A stretch of 57,129 nucleotides of DNA from Spirochaetota bacterium (GTDB lineage: Bacteria > Spirochaetota > B62-G9 > DRHN01), in NCBI GenBank assembly GCA_020342115.1, contig CP070841.1, forward strand, positions 681,331 through 738,459, written 5' to 3'. Made by a program: the position numbers and the translations under genes. Positions 46,856-56,156 of this stretch are shown here, piece after piece (position 1 is the stretch's first letter; each line of letters starts with the position of its first letter). The notes under the pieces were generated by a model. The model searched no databases, was not told the origin of the DNA, and worked only from the letters and a program-made list of their open reading frames with translations.

Positions 46856-48223
46856 ATGATCCTTCTTAAAAACTGTTTTTCTATTCTTGCCGGTGAGGGG
46901 GAAAAGCTTACTGACTATGACCTTCTTATAAAGGAAAACAGAATAGAAAAGCTTGGCAAAGCCATTGATCCAGGTTCTTTGGGAGCCAAAAAAGTCGATG
47001 TAATTGACTGCTCGAGGCTCGTGTGCGTACCCGGATTTGTCAATACTCATCACCACTTCTACCAAACCCTCACCAGAAACTTGCCGGAAGTCCAGAATGA
47101 AAAACTCTTCAACTGGCTTCTCTATCTCTACGAGATATGGAAAAATATCGATGAGGACGCAGTTTTCTATTCGACCCTTGTGGCAATTGGTGAGCTTTTA
47201 AAAACAGGGTGCACATGTACCACTGATCAGCACTACCTCTATCCAGAGGGATTCAGCGGTGATCTCATGGGTATACAGTTTGACGCTGCACAAACACTTG
47301 GAATGAGATTCTCTCCATGCAGAGGCTCTATGTCCCTCTCAGTAAAAGATGGGGGACTGCCTCCCGATTCAGTTGTTCAGACTGAGGATGAGATACTCAA
47401 GGATAGCCAGAGGGTAATAGAGCATTATCATGACAGATCAGAACTCGCTATGCGTAAAGTTATACTGGCTCCCTGCAGCCCCTTTTCCATAACGGGTGAG
47501 CTTATGAAGGAGTCTGCCAGGCTTGCGAGAGATTACGGAGTGAGGTTGCATACCCATCTCGCTGAGACTCAAGATGAGGATAACTACTGCACGCGAAACT
47601 ACGGAAAAAGACCTCTCGCATTAATGGAAGAGCTCGACTTCATCGGGGAAGACACAAGTTATGCACACGGGGTTTTCTTCAACGATCAGGAACTCGAGCT
47701 CCTGGCTGATACAAAAACCTCGATTGCACACTGTCCTTCCTCGAACCAGAGGCTCGGGTCAGGGATTGCTCGTATAAGGGAGATGCTCGATATGGGCATA
47801 AATGTGGGGCTCGCTGTTGATGGTTCGGCTTCCAACGATACATCAGATTTTCTTGGTGAGATGAGACAGGCCATGCTGCTTCAGAGGGTAAAATATGGCC
47901 CCAATGCACTTACTGCACCAGAAGTGTACAGGATGGCAACAATTAACGGGGCAAAACTCCTTGGATTCGAGAAGATAGGAAAGATAGAGGAGGGGTACGC
48001 TGCTGACCTTGCCCTATTCAACATCAATAAGCTGGAATACGTTGGCGGCCTCTCAGATCCAACCGCTGCGTTGCTCTTCTGTGGAATAAACCACCAGGCA
48101 GAGTACACAATCGTTAATGGCAGGATTGTGGTGGAAAAAGGACTCCTCACAGGATACAACGAAGAAGAGATAATACAGAATGCCAACCGTATTGCTCATA
48201 AACTACAGAGCCAGGAACGATAA
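46856..48223 (+). CDS. amidohydrolase of the 8-oxoguanine/guanine deaminase-like group
   Basis: FVNTHHHFYQTLTR metal motif, HLAET and AVDGSASND blocks. 455 aa. Confidence 0.75.
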   Translation: MILLKNCFSILAGEGEKLTDYDLLIKENRIEKLGKAIDPGSLGAKKVDVIDCSRLVCVPGFVNTHHHFYQTLTRNLPEVQNEKLFNWLLYLYEIWKNIDEDAVFYSTLVAIGELLKTGCTCTTDQHYLYPEGFSGDLMGIQFDAAQTLGMRFSPCRGSMSLSVKDGGLPPDSVVQTEDEILKDSQRVIEHYHDRSELAMRKVILAPCSPFSITGELMKESARLARDYGVRLHTHLAETQDEDNYCTRNYGKRPLALMEELDFIGEDTSYAHGVFFNDQELELLADTKTSIAHCPSSNQRLGSGIARIREMLDMGINVGLAVDGSASNDTSDFLGEMRQAMLLQRVKYGPNALTAPEVYRMATINGAKLLGFEKIGKIEEGYAADLALFNINKLEYVGGLSDPTAALLFCGINHQAEYTIVNGRIVVEKGLLTGYNEEEIIQNANRIAHKLQSQER

Positions 48224-48228
48224 AGGAA

Positions 48229-48819
48229 ATGCGTGGCAAGCTTATTATCCTTACAGGTCATACAGGTATCGGGAAAAGCAGCATTTGCAGGAGAGTGTGC
48301 GCTCTTGCATCGGAGAAAGGGTATAGAATCTCCGGTATCTTAAGTCCTCCCCTTTATGACGACAGCGGATTAAAGGTGGGGTTCCTGGCAGAAAAGATCT
48401 CAGATGGAGAGAAATGGGAACTAGCAAGAAACGATAACAACCCTTCTGCCAAAGGACCTGTATGGGGACAGTATACCTTTTCCGAGAAAGGGTTCAGGAA
48501 AGCTGTTCGGGCTTTGAAACAGGGGCTTTCTGGAAAATTTGATCTTATTGTTCTCGATGAAGTTGGTCCTCTCGAGCTACTGCAAGGTAAAGGGTTCAGA
48601 CCCTTTATGGATCTTCTCGTAAAGGAGAATCAAACAGATCTCCTCATTGTGGTGCGCCCAACACTCATAAAAGAGATTCAGGAAGTATTGAAAAGGAATG
48701 ATATTATTTTATTTCATGCTTATATAAAAAACCGCAACAAGCTCCCCTCTCTCATAGTTGATGAACTCAGATGCACAGAGAATGTAAACACCAACCCCTC
48801 GTTTTCTGCCTGTGATTGA
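48229..48819 (+). CDS. P-loop NTPase (THEP1 / DUF2478-like)
   Basis: Walker A GHTGIGKSS and Walker B-like LIVLDEVGPLE. Last gene of the operon. Confidence 0.6.
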   Translation: MRGKLIILTGHTGIGKSSICRRVCALASEKGYRISGILSPPLYDDSGLKVGFLAEKISDGEKWELARNDNNPSAKGPVWGQYTFSEKGFRKAVRALKQGLSGKFDLIVLDEVGPLELLQGKGFRPFMDLLVKENQTDLLIVVRPTLIKEIQEVLKRNDIILFHAYIKNRNKLPSLIVDELRCTENVNTNPSFSACD

Positions 48820-48957
48820 CTGAGCGCTGATTACCAATGGTGAAAGGGCAATATGACAAAAAATCAAAAAGGCACTGCGTACAATCCCAGCGGTACATTG
48901 GGTCACAGGGATTATACATAGTGCCTCACCTTCAGCTATTATGTGAAAAATAATTAT

Positions 48958-48977
48958 AAATGTGTAGATCTGACCCC
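48958..48977 (+). repeat. dispersed repeat copy C
   Basis: AAATGTGTAGATCTGACCCC, 18 of 20 matches to the core of copy A. It ends 1 nt before the response-regulator stop codon. Confidence 0.6.
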
Positions 48978-48978
48978 A

Positions 48979-49410
48979 TTAACTCGAAAGGACTTTCTCA
49001 ATGATAGCTATTAATTCTTCTGGATTAACGGGTTTTTCAACTAAACCATCAGGTTTAGTATCGATTCCTAATTCTTCCTTCTTCATTTCAATCACTGCAT
49101 CATCGAAGAGAAGCTCTTTCATATCAACACCTGTCTCTTCTGATGCACCGCTTACTATGATGATGGGGATATTTTTATAATTCTCGCTTTTCTTTATGTT
49201 ATGAATGAATTGCATACCGCTTTCTTCAGGCATCATAAGATCTAAAAATACTATATCAGGTTTTTGTTCTTTTACTCTCTCGAAAGCTTCGTTCCCATTA
49301 TTAGCCGAGTATGTTTTAAAACCATTATTTTCCAGGATTCTTGACATAAATGCAACCGCATCCGGCTCATCATCAACGACAAGTGCTAATTTACCTGTAA
49401 AGTCGGCCAT
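48979..49410 (-). CDS. stand-alone response regulator receiver protein (CheY-like)
   Basis: LVVDDEPD acidic pocket, phospho-acceptor in DIVFLDLMMP, and IIIVSG. No output domain. Confidence 0.85.
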   Translation of the reverse strand: MADFTGKLALVVDDEPDAVAFMSRILENNGFKTYSANNGNEAFERVKEQKPDIVFLDLMMPEESGMQFIHNIKKSENYKNIPIIIVSGASEETGVDMKELLFDDAVIEMKKEELGIDTKPDGLVEKPVNPEELIAIIEKVLSS

Positions 49411-49680
49411 CGTTCTTCACCTCCTTTAATGTTATTGTTTTTTAGGAGATGTCATAATTCCCAAGAATAACCATACAACAAACCTGAAAAAATCTCCAAG
49501 TAGTAAGAATCGCTTTTTAATAGTTACTTATAACTACTTATCCACCATCCTACATATAAATTACCAGCATGTCAAGTAAATCAGTAAGAGATTAAAAAGC
49601 TACATTAGTCTGATCTATACATTTCATATAAGCTATCAGCCGAAAGCTGGAAACGGCCCATGTCAAGCCCCTGGACCCAG

Positions 49681-49708
49681 AGGATTATGAGCTGCTGCTC
49701 ATAATCCT
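49681..49708. other. perfect 12-bp-stem hairpin downstream of mocA
   Basis: AGGATTATGAGC-TGCT-GCTCATAATCCT. A second 7-bp hairpin lies at about 49721-49740 (AGAATAC-n6-GTATTCT). No clear U-tract. Confidence 0.4.
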
Positions 49709-49772
49709 TTAGCAGAAATCAGAATACCCAGAAGTATTCTTGATTACTGCACACCTCCAGTCCTGTTCTTTG

Positions 49773-50348
49773 TCAGGTGTCGATTCCCCTTACCGCCCCA
49801 TAATCCTGAGAATCATCAATATCAACGAGTACATGACGGCAATCTACAGGCACCGCAAGCGTGGGATATATAGCAAGCACATCTCGTAATGTGCTTTTCT
49901 CATTAAACTGGCTGATCGGCTCTACAAGCTCCTTTGACAGCAAAAGCGGGTGTCCCTTCTTGCCTTTATATTTCGGTATAACCACAGGAATATGTTTGAA
50001 GCGAAGCAGTGTTTCGTATACTGATCGGTCTACAAGGGGCATGTCTCCGAGCGCTATGAAGAACCTTTCTGTTACGACGGCTGATACCCCAAGTTTAATA
50101 GACGAGAACATAGGCTTTTTATAACCAGGATTGTAGACAATTGTTACATCATCTCTTTTTCCAAAGAGTTCTCTGAGCTCTCCTGCGCGATACCCGGTAA
50201 TAAGTATTATCCTGCTGCAAACTGTGAGTGCATTGCCAACACTGCACTCTATTACAGTAGAACCCTCAATTGGGAGCTTGAGCTTCCACTCTCCCATCCT
50301 TCTGGATTCACCAGCAGCGAGCATTACACAGTCTATGGTTTCATTCAT
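49773..50348 (-). CDS. mocA: molybdenum cofactor cytidylyltransferase (MocA/YgfJ family)
   Basis: VMLAAGESRRMG nucleotide-binding motif. 191 aa. Last gene of the transporter operon. Confidence 0.8.
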   Translation of the reverse strand: MNETIDCVMLAAGESRRMGEWKLKLPIEGSTVIECSVGNALTVCSRIILITGYRAGELRELFGKRDDVTIVYNPGYKKPMFSSIKLGVSAVVTERFFIALGDMPLVDRSVYETLLRFKHIPVVIPKYKGKKGHPLLLSKELVEPISQFNEKSTLRDVLAIYPTLAVPVDCRHVLVDIDDSQDYGAVRGIDT

Positions 50349-50350
50349 TT

Positions 50351-51280
50351 CTATTCTCTCTCATAGGGATTACAAAACGCAGCTGGAAATCGGGTGTTGC
50401 GAGCGAGTATACACAACAAGGCAATCACAGCAACATAGGGGAGCATTAAAATGAATTCACGCGGAACATCCAGCCCAAGGATCTGCAAGCCATAGGTAAG
50501 CGAGTGGCAGATTCCGAATAAAAATGCTCCGTAGAAAATTCCTGCAGGGTTCCATTTTGCTAGCATCACAACAGCTATGGCAATAAAGCCTCTTCCCTGG
50601 GTCATATGAAACACAAAAAATGACAGGTCACAGATAGATAGAAATGCTCCTCCAAGCCCGGCCAGCACTCCTTCAAATAGTAGCGTCAGATACCGTGTTC
50701 GGTACACATTCACACCATGAACATCCGCCGCAGCAGGATTTTCTCCTACTGCGCGTACGTTCAATCCAAAGCTTGTTTTATAGAGAACCCACCATGCAAT
50801 TGGGAGCAGGATCCAGCTTATGTAGGTTATCAGATGCTGGTTGAAGATAGAGCTTGCATAGGGGATTTTCGAAAGAAGAGGAATTGCTGTTTTATCAGTG
50901 ATGTCAGGAATAACGGGAAATTCAGCTCCAAAAAGAATTCTGAATAGCAAACTAGTTATCCCTATTGCAAACAACCCAATACCTAATCCTGCGACTATTT
51001 GATTGATCTTTAGATAGATTACTAGATATCCAAAGAGTAATCCTAGCACCACTCCAGCAGCCATGCCTGATAAAAGACCAATGTAAACATTCTCTGTAAT
51101 AAGAGCCGCAATAAACGCTGTAAAAGCACCAAGCAGCATCATGCCTTCAAGACCAAGGTTTAATATTCCTCCTGATTCGACAAAATCTTCTCCTATTGCT
51201 GCAAGAATAATCGGTGTCGAAGCAGTGAGGGTACCGCCAAAGAGCACTGTAAAAAAGGGTTCTGAAAATATTGAGTTCAT
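50351..51280 (-). CDS. ABC transporter permease (BMP/nucleoside-type)
   Basis: 309 aa polytopic membrane protein, paired with a second permease, a double ATPase and a BMP binding protein. Confidence 0.8.
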   Translation of the reverse strand: MNSIFSEPFFTVLFGGTLTASTPIILAAIGEDFVESGGILNLGLEGMMLLGAFTAFIAALITENVYIGLLSGMAAGVVLGLLFGYLVIYLKINQIVAGLGIGLFAIGITSLLFRILFGAEFPVIPDITDKTAIPLLSKIPYASSIFNQHLITYISWILLPIAWWVLYKTSFGLNVRAVGENPAAADVHGVNVYRTRYLTLLFEGVLAGLGGAFLSICDLSFFVFHMTQGRGFIAIAVVMLAKWNPAGIFYGAFLFGICHSLTYGLQILGLDVPREFILMLPYVAVIALLCILARNTRFPAAFCNPYERE

Positions 51281-51285
51281 TGTTC

Positions 51286-52329
51286 TTAAAAAAGTTTACT
51301 CCTCTTTTTAAGGTACTCGCTTACACCAAAGAAGATCAGCATTAGAGCCTCTGCTACCTGTACAAAGAATACAGGGACATTTGCTGCACGTGACATGAAT
51401 TCCCCCCCAATCGAAAGAAAGGAAAAGAAATAAGCAAGGGGAATAACTGCGAAACCGTTGAATCGTGCAAGAAAAACGAGAGGAATAGCCGAAAAAGCAT
51501 ATTGCGGATTCCACTCTGCCTGAAACGAGCCCTTGATGCCGAGAACATCATTCGCTCCTGCAAGTCCGGCAAACCCCCCGCTCAACAGCATTGCAAGAAC
51601 AATGACCTTTTTAATATTAATACCCGCATAAATCGCAGCCTTTTTATTTTCCCCGGCAAACCTAAACTCGTATCCCAGAGCCGTTCTTTTTATGAAATAG
51701 TGTACAAGTACTACCATTACAAGACCAACAATCAAACCTATATGAACCTCTGTGAGAGAGATATTGGGTAGTCTCTTTTCAATTGGAAGAACCGCTGTTT
51801 GAGGAAAAAGCCCGGGCTGTGCATTCAATGGATATCTCACGAGATAGGAGGTAAAATTGACGGCAATAAAATCCATCATCATTGTTACAATGATCTCATT
51901 GATCTCGTATTTTGCCTTTAGTATGGCAGGAATACACACCCAGGAGGCGCCACCGATGAATCCCAGTAATCCCAACACCACAAAGTAAAAAAAGATGGGG
52001 AGCTTATCCATTATGAGAGGAGCAATGCCAGCGGCCAGAACTGCACCTATTAAAAACTGGCCGTTCCCTCCAATATTCCAGACTCCTGCCTTGAAGACAA
52101 TTATCAACCCTGCACTCATGATAAGCAGGGGAGCCATACGCTTGAGTGACTCTGTTATACCAAGATAGGTTCCCGCCCCCAATGAGAAAAGTTCATAATA
52201 TGTTTTCAGGGGATTAAATCCGATGATGAGAAGTATGATTCCGCCTGCAACCAGTGCAGCAAGAATAGCAAAGACCGGCCCGATTACTACTCCTGCAGCC
52301 TGCTTTGATCCTATCCGTATAAGATTCAA
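51286..52329 (-). CDS. ABC transporter permease (BMP/nucleoside-type)
   Basis: 347 aa polytopic membrane protein. ATGA-type overlap with the ATPase gene. Confidence 0.8.
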   Translation of the reverse strand: MNLIRIGSKQAAGVVIGPVFAILAALVAGGIILLIIGFNPLKTYYELFSLGAGTYLGITESLKRMAPLLIMSAGLIIVFKAGVWNIGGNGQFLIGAVLAAGIAPLIMDKLPIFFYFVVLGLLGFIGGASWVCIPAILKAKYEINEIIVTMMMDFIAVNFTSYLVRYPLNAQPGLFPQTAVLPIEKRLPNISLTEVHIGLIVGLVMVVLVHYFIKRTALGYEFRFAGENKKAAIYAGINIKKVIVLAMLLSGGFAGLAGANDVLGIKGSFQAEWNPQYAFSAIPLVFLARFNGFAVIPLAYFFSFLSIGGEFMSRAANVPVFFVQVAEALMLIFFGVSEYLKKRSKLF

Positions 52330-53873
52330 TTCATGATTCCTAACATCAATCTCCCGATCTCTTCTTTAGTTGCTTCCTTACCTGGCACTACTCTGATTAA
52401 TTCTCCTTTATACATTACACCGATCCGATCGCTTACCTCCTTTAACTCATCGAGGTCAGTAGAAATTAAAAGCACCGATACTCCGCGCCTGCTCCTGGCC
52501 CTTATCTCATCTCTAATATATCGTGTTGTCATTACATCCAAACCATGAGTGGGTTTGTTGGCCACAAGAACTGAAGGGTTGTAAGAGAGCTCCCGTGCGA
52601 GTATCAGTTTCTGGATATTTCCACCAGACAGAGTCTTTACGAGATCATTTGAATCCTGAGCCTTTATTGAATAATCACGAATGAGCTTGTTTCCATTATC
52701 TCTAATTGCTTTATTATTCAAAAAAATTCCACTTTTTACGTAAGGTTTCTTTTTATAACATCGAAATATTGCATTCTCCGCAAGAGAGAAGTTTGCAACA
52801 CTGCCCTCCGTTATTCTATCTTCGGTTATATAATAAATCCCCCTCTCATTCATGAGGCTGACAGGCATGTTCGTTATATCTTCTTTATTGAGAGTAATCC
52901 TACCCGAGATAACTTTTCGCTGCCCTGCAATTACTTCTGCCAGCTCCTTCTGACCATACCCGTCAACTCCTGCAATGCCAAAAACCTCTCCCCTGTGAAC
53001 AGTAAAAGAAACTTCCTTCAATGTTTCTAAACCTCTATCGTTTGTAGCAGTCACTCCTTCCAGTGTTAAGACGGCATCTAAGGAGTCCTTTTCTGGCCCT
53101 TTCTTTTTACCTTCGCCAAATGCTGCTTTTTTGAACATCATATTCACAATCCTGTTTTTTAGCTGCTTTTCTTCTTTCTTTATATCGATACCATCCAAAT
53201 CGATCTCCCCGCTCTTTTCCCCTTCACTCAATACTGTTATTCTGCTACTTATGTCCAATGCCTCCTCAATTTTATGAGTAATAAATACCACCGACTTCCC
53301 GGATGCAACCATGTTTTTTAATACCTTGAAAAATCCTTTGATTTCTATGGGTGACAAAAAGGATGTTGGCTCATCAAGTATAAGAACATCAGACCCACGG
53401 TAGAACAGTTTAATGATCTCGACCCTCTCCTGTTCTCCTGCAGAAAGCTGCCATATCTTTGTTTCAAGGTCCACTTCGAGTCCGTATATACGCGAAATCT
53501 CCTTCAGCTTTTGCTCTGCATACTTCCGCATTAGATAATATTTCTTATTCGTTCCTAACAAGATATTTTCCAGTACAGACAGTGTGGGAACCAGAGTAAG
53601 ATGCTGATATACCATCCCGACACCCAGCGCCAACGCATCATTGGGCGAGGCGAGTTTAGCCTTTCTTCCTTGAATAAATATCTCGCCCCTGTCTGGATGG
53701 TATAATCCCGATAAAATATTCATAAGAGTCGTTTTACCGGCACCGTTTTCTCCCAGGAGGGCGTGAATATCGCCTCTTCTAAGGCTAAAATCGATGTGGT
53801 CATTTGCAACCACTTCACCGAATCGCTTGGTGATACCTCTCATCTCAACAACGCTTTCATTACCAGCAGTCAT
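52326..53873 (-). CDS. ABC transporter ATP-binding protein with duplicated ATPase domains
   Basis: Walker A GENGAGKTT, signature LSAGEQ and Walker B LILDEP. The second half carries LSGGNIQK. Confidence 0.9.
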   Translation of the reverse strand: MTAGNESVVEMRGITKRFGEVVANDHIDFSLRRGDIHALLGENGAGKTTLMNILSGLYHPDRGEIFIQGRKAKLASPNDALALGVGMVYQHLTLVPTLSVLENILLGTNKKYYLMRKYAEQKLKEISRIYGLEVDLETKIWQLSAGEQERVEIIKLFYRGSDVLILDEPTSFLSPIEIKGFFKVLKNMVASGKSVVFITHKIEEALDISSRITVLSEGEKSGEIDLDGIDIKKEEKQLKNRIVNMMFKKAAFGEGKKKGPEKDSLDAVLTLEGVTATNDRGLETLKEVSFTVHRGEVFGIAGVDGYGQKELAEVIAGQRKVISGRITLNKEDITNMPVSLMNERGIYYITEDRITEGSVANFSLAENAIFRCYKKKPYVKSGIFLNNKAIRDNGNKLIRDYSIKAQDSNDLVKTLSGGNIQKLILARELSYNPSVLVANKPTHGLDVMTTRYIRDEIRARSRRGVSVLLISTDLDELKEVSDRIGVMYKGELIRVVPGKEATKEEIGRLMLGIMN

Positions 53874-53911
53874 TTTTAATAAGACCTTTTACTCCTTACC
53901 GATATATAACG

Positions 53912-54967
53912 TTATTTGAAGAGTCTTCTCATATACGATCTCATCTCTCTGGTATCGGCTATGTTGGAAACCTTGATCCTTCCGTTCTTTATCCCTTCCT
54001 CTGCCTGCTTCATTGCAGCTCTTGCGACAGAAGGAATCTCTTTATATACGGCCAGCTCAATACCGCCGTTCTCAAGCGTTTGACGGTAATCATCCCCGAA
54101 CCTGTCACTGTAGATATCGATGAGCATCATCTCATAAACAACGTCGAAATTCCACAATACTGATGCAAGAAGGATCTGCTTCCTGTCAATGCCCGTTTTA
54201 TCCCCAATAACGTCAATGAACCAAACCTTTCCACCATCTTTCGCTCTATTCTCTTCACACGCTTTCATGATACCAAAGGAAGCCCCGTCACCCATGCCAA
54301 ATATTACATCTGCTCCTGCAGCTATTTGGGCTTCGGTGTTTCTTTTTCCACCAATGGCATCTTCATACGATGCTTCGCCGATAACATTATAAAGGAAATT
54401 TATTTTGGGATTTATGGAGTGAAGACCCTCCATAAAACCTACAGTCATTCTGTTCCAATCCGGAACCTCGGCTGAGGTAACACACCCCACAACGTTCGTC
54501 CTTGTCATCTTTGCAGCAAGCACTCCAGCAAGATAGGCGCCTTTCTGAGCTTCTCCCTCATAATTCGATACAAGCCCCGGCCTGACAGCAGCCGGATTCT
54601 CTACAACCGCAACTCTCACATCCCTCTCAACAGCGACCTCGGGAGTGACTGTCTGGTATCCTGATGCGTGAGCAATGATGAGATCGAACCCCTTTCTAGC
54701 TAGATCGCGAAGTACAGGCTTGATATCTCCATACCCCTGGTTCTCCGCAACCTCTATGGTAAGATGCCACTTGTCCTTCAGCTCTCTCAATCCATCCACA
54801 CCCATCTGGTTCCAGCCCTGGTCAGTACTGCTTGCAGGCACCACAACGGCCACTTTCAATGGACGAGCTCCAGGGTGGGGAGGAATCGCCGGTGCTTTTG
54901 TGGTTGTATAAAAGAACATCAAAACATACAACAAAACTATAAAAAGGAATGAAGGGAACTTTCTCAT
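53912..54967 (-). CDS. BMP-family (PnrA/Med-like) substrate-binding protein
   Basis: Signal peptide, then VAVVVPASSTDQGWNQMGVDGL, typical of basic-membrane-protein purine/nucleoside binders. Confidence 0.75.
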   Translation of the reverse strand: MRKFPSFLFIVLLYVLMFFYTTTKAPAIPPHPGARPLKVAVVVPASSTDQGWNQMGVDGLRELKDKWHLTIEVAENQGYGDIKPVLRDLARKGFDLIIAHASGYQTVTPEVAVERDVRVAVVENPAAVRPGLVSNYEGEAQKGAYLAGVLAAKMTRTNVVGCVTSAEVPDWNRMTVGFMEGLHSINPKINFLYNVIGEASYEDAIGGKRNTEAQIAAGADVIFGMGDGASFGIMKACEENRAKDGGKVWFIDVIGDKTGIDRKQILLASVLWNFDVVYEMMLIDIYSDRFGDDYRQTLENGGIELAVYKEIPSVARAAMKQAEEGIKNGRIKVSNIADTREMRSYMRRLFK

Positions 54968-54989
54968 TTAATGAAATCCTCCGTCTTGC

Positions 54990-56156
54990 TTAAACATAGT
55001 GTAATACTCTCTCAACACCGCTTCCTATCTTGACCTGAAATCCGAGTTTTTGCAGCGCTTTTTCCAGCGCAGTAATGGCCACCAATGCATTATCGATAGT
55101 TGCACTGTATCCCATGTGCCCTATTCTAATTATCTTACTTTCAAACCCTGTAACTTCTCCAGCAATAAGCACTCCATACTCATCAGCCATGGTTCTTCTC
55201 AACCGCTCATCATCTATCCCATCCGGAATACATACTGTGGTAACGGTTTCAGAGGCAATTTCTTCAGACTCCGGCCATAGTTCCAAACCTATTGCCTGGA
55301 CTGCCTCTCGTATTGCCCGGGCCACCTTTTTATGTCTGGCAAATATATTTTCAAGGCCCTCCTCAAGAATTTCTGTCGCAGCCTCATTGATTGCATAAAT
55401 CTCGGAAACAAAAGGAGTAAATGGAAATGTCCTGCTTTTGATCCAAGTTTCTCTGTAATCCAGCATACTAAGATAGGTATTTCTCAATGGGTTTTTCTTA
55501 TTCTCCATGGCTTCCCATGCTCTTGTGCTTACAGAAATAGGGGTAAGGGCGGGAGGACAGGAGAGGCATTTCTGGGATCCGCATATGCATATATCAATGT
55601 TCCATTCATCAGGACGTATCTCCATACCGCCAAGCGCTGCCACACTGTCTACTATAGTCAATATGTCGAACTGCTTAGCGAGTGCGCAAATCTTTTCTAC
55701 TGGATTTGTTATTCCCACAGGTGTATCCATATGTACAACGGTAATTGCCTTTATATCTTTTTCATCTTCTAATTTTTTCTTTACTTTCTCAGGGGCTATC
55801 GCCTTGGTATAGTCTTCCCTTAAACGTACCACCTCTCCTCCATGATTTTCCACATAGATACCGAACCATGCTCCATAGGGTCCGTTGTCAAGAACAAGCA
55901 CTCGATCTCCCCTGTTCAGGATATTCGCAACCGCAGCCTCCAATCCAAGCACTGCTTCACCCTGCATAATGATGAGATCCTTTTTGGTTTGAAATATCCT
56001 TTGAAGTTTTTCAGTCGTGTCCTGAAAAAAAGTAATGAATTCAGGATCATAGTGGTGTGTTACTGGTAACGAGAGAGCCCTGAGAGTCCTCGGTGATATT
56101 TCCACAGGGCCAGGAGTCATTAAATATTTTGTTTTTTTTCTAAGGTCCTTCTGCAT
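54990..56156 (-). CDS. class-V aminotransferase (alanine-glyoxylate / serine-pyruvate type)
   Basis: LMTPGPVEISP N-terminus and PLP-lysine block CGSQKCLSCPP. Confidence 0.8.
   Translation of the reverse strand: MQKDLRKKTKYLMTPGPVEISPRTLRALSLPVTHHYDPEFITFFQDTTEKLQRIFQTKKDLIIMQGEAVLGLEAAVANILNRGDRVLVLDNGPYGAWFGIYVENHGGEVVRLREDYTKAIAPEKVKKKLEDEKDIKAITVVHMDTPVGITNPVEKICALAKQFDILTIVDSVAALGGMEIRPDEWNIDICICGSQKCLSCPPALTPISVSTRAWEAMENKKNPLRNTYLSMLDYRETWIKSRTFPFTPFVSEIYAINEAATEILEEGLENIFARHKKVARAIREAVQAIGLELWPESEEIASETVTTVCIPDGIDDERLRRTMADEYGVLIAGEVTGFESKIIRIGHMGYSATIDNALVAITALEKALQKLGFQVKIGSGVERVLHYV

Noticed and set aside
28318-48819. Selenocysteine (in-frame TGA) recoding in the selenium-associated genes.
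   Set aside because: All ORFs are full length for their families, with no adjacent split fragments. Selenium in this enzyme class is a labile cofactor ligand, not Sec. selD is not in the window.
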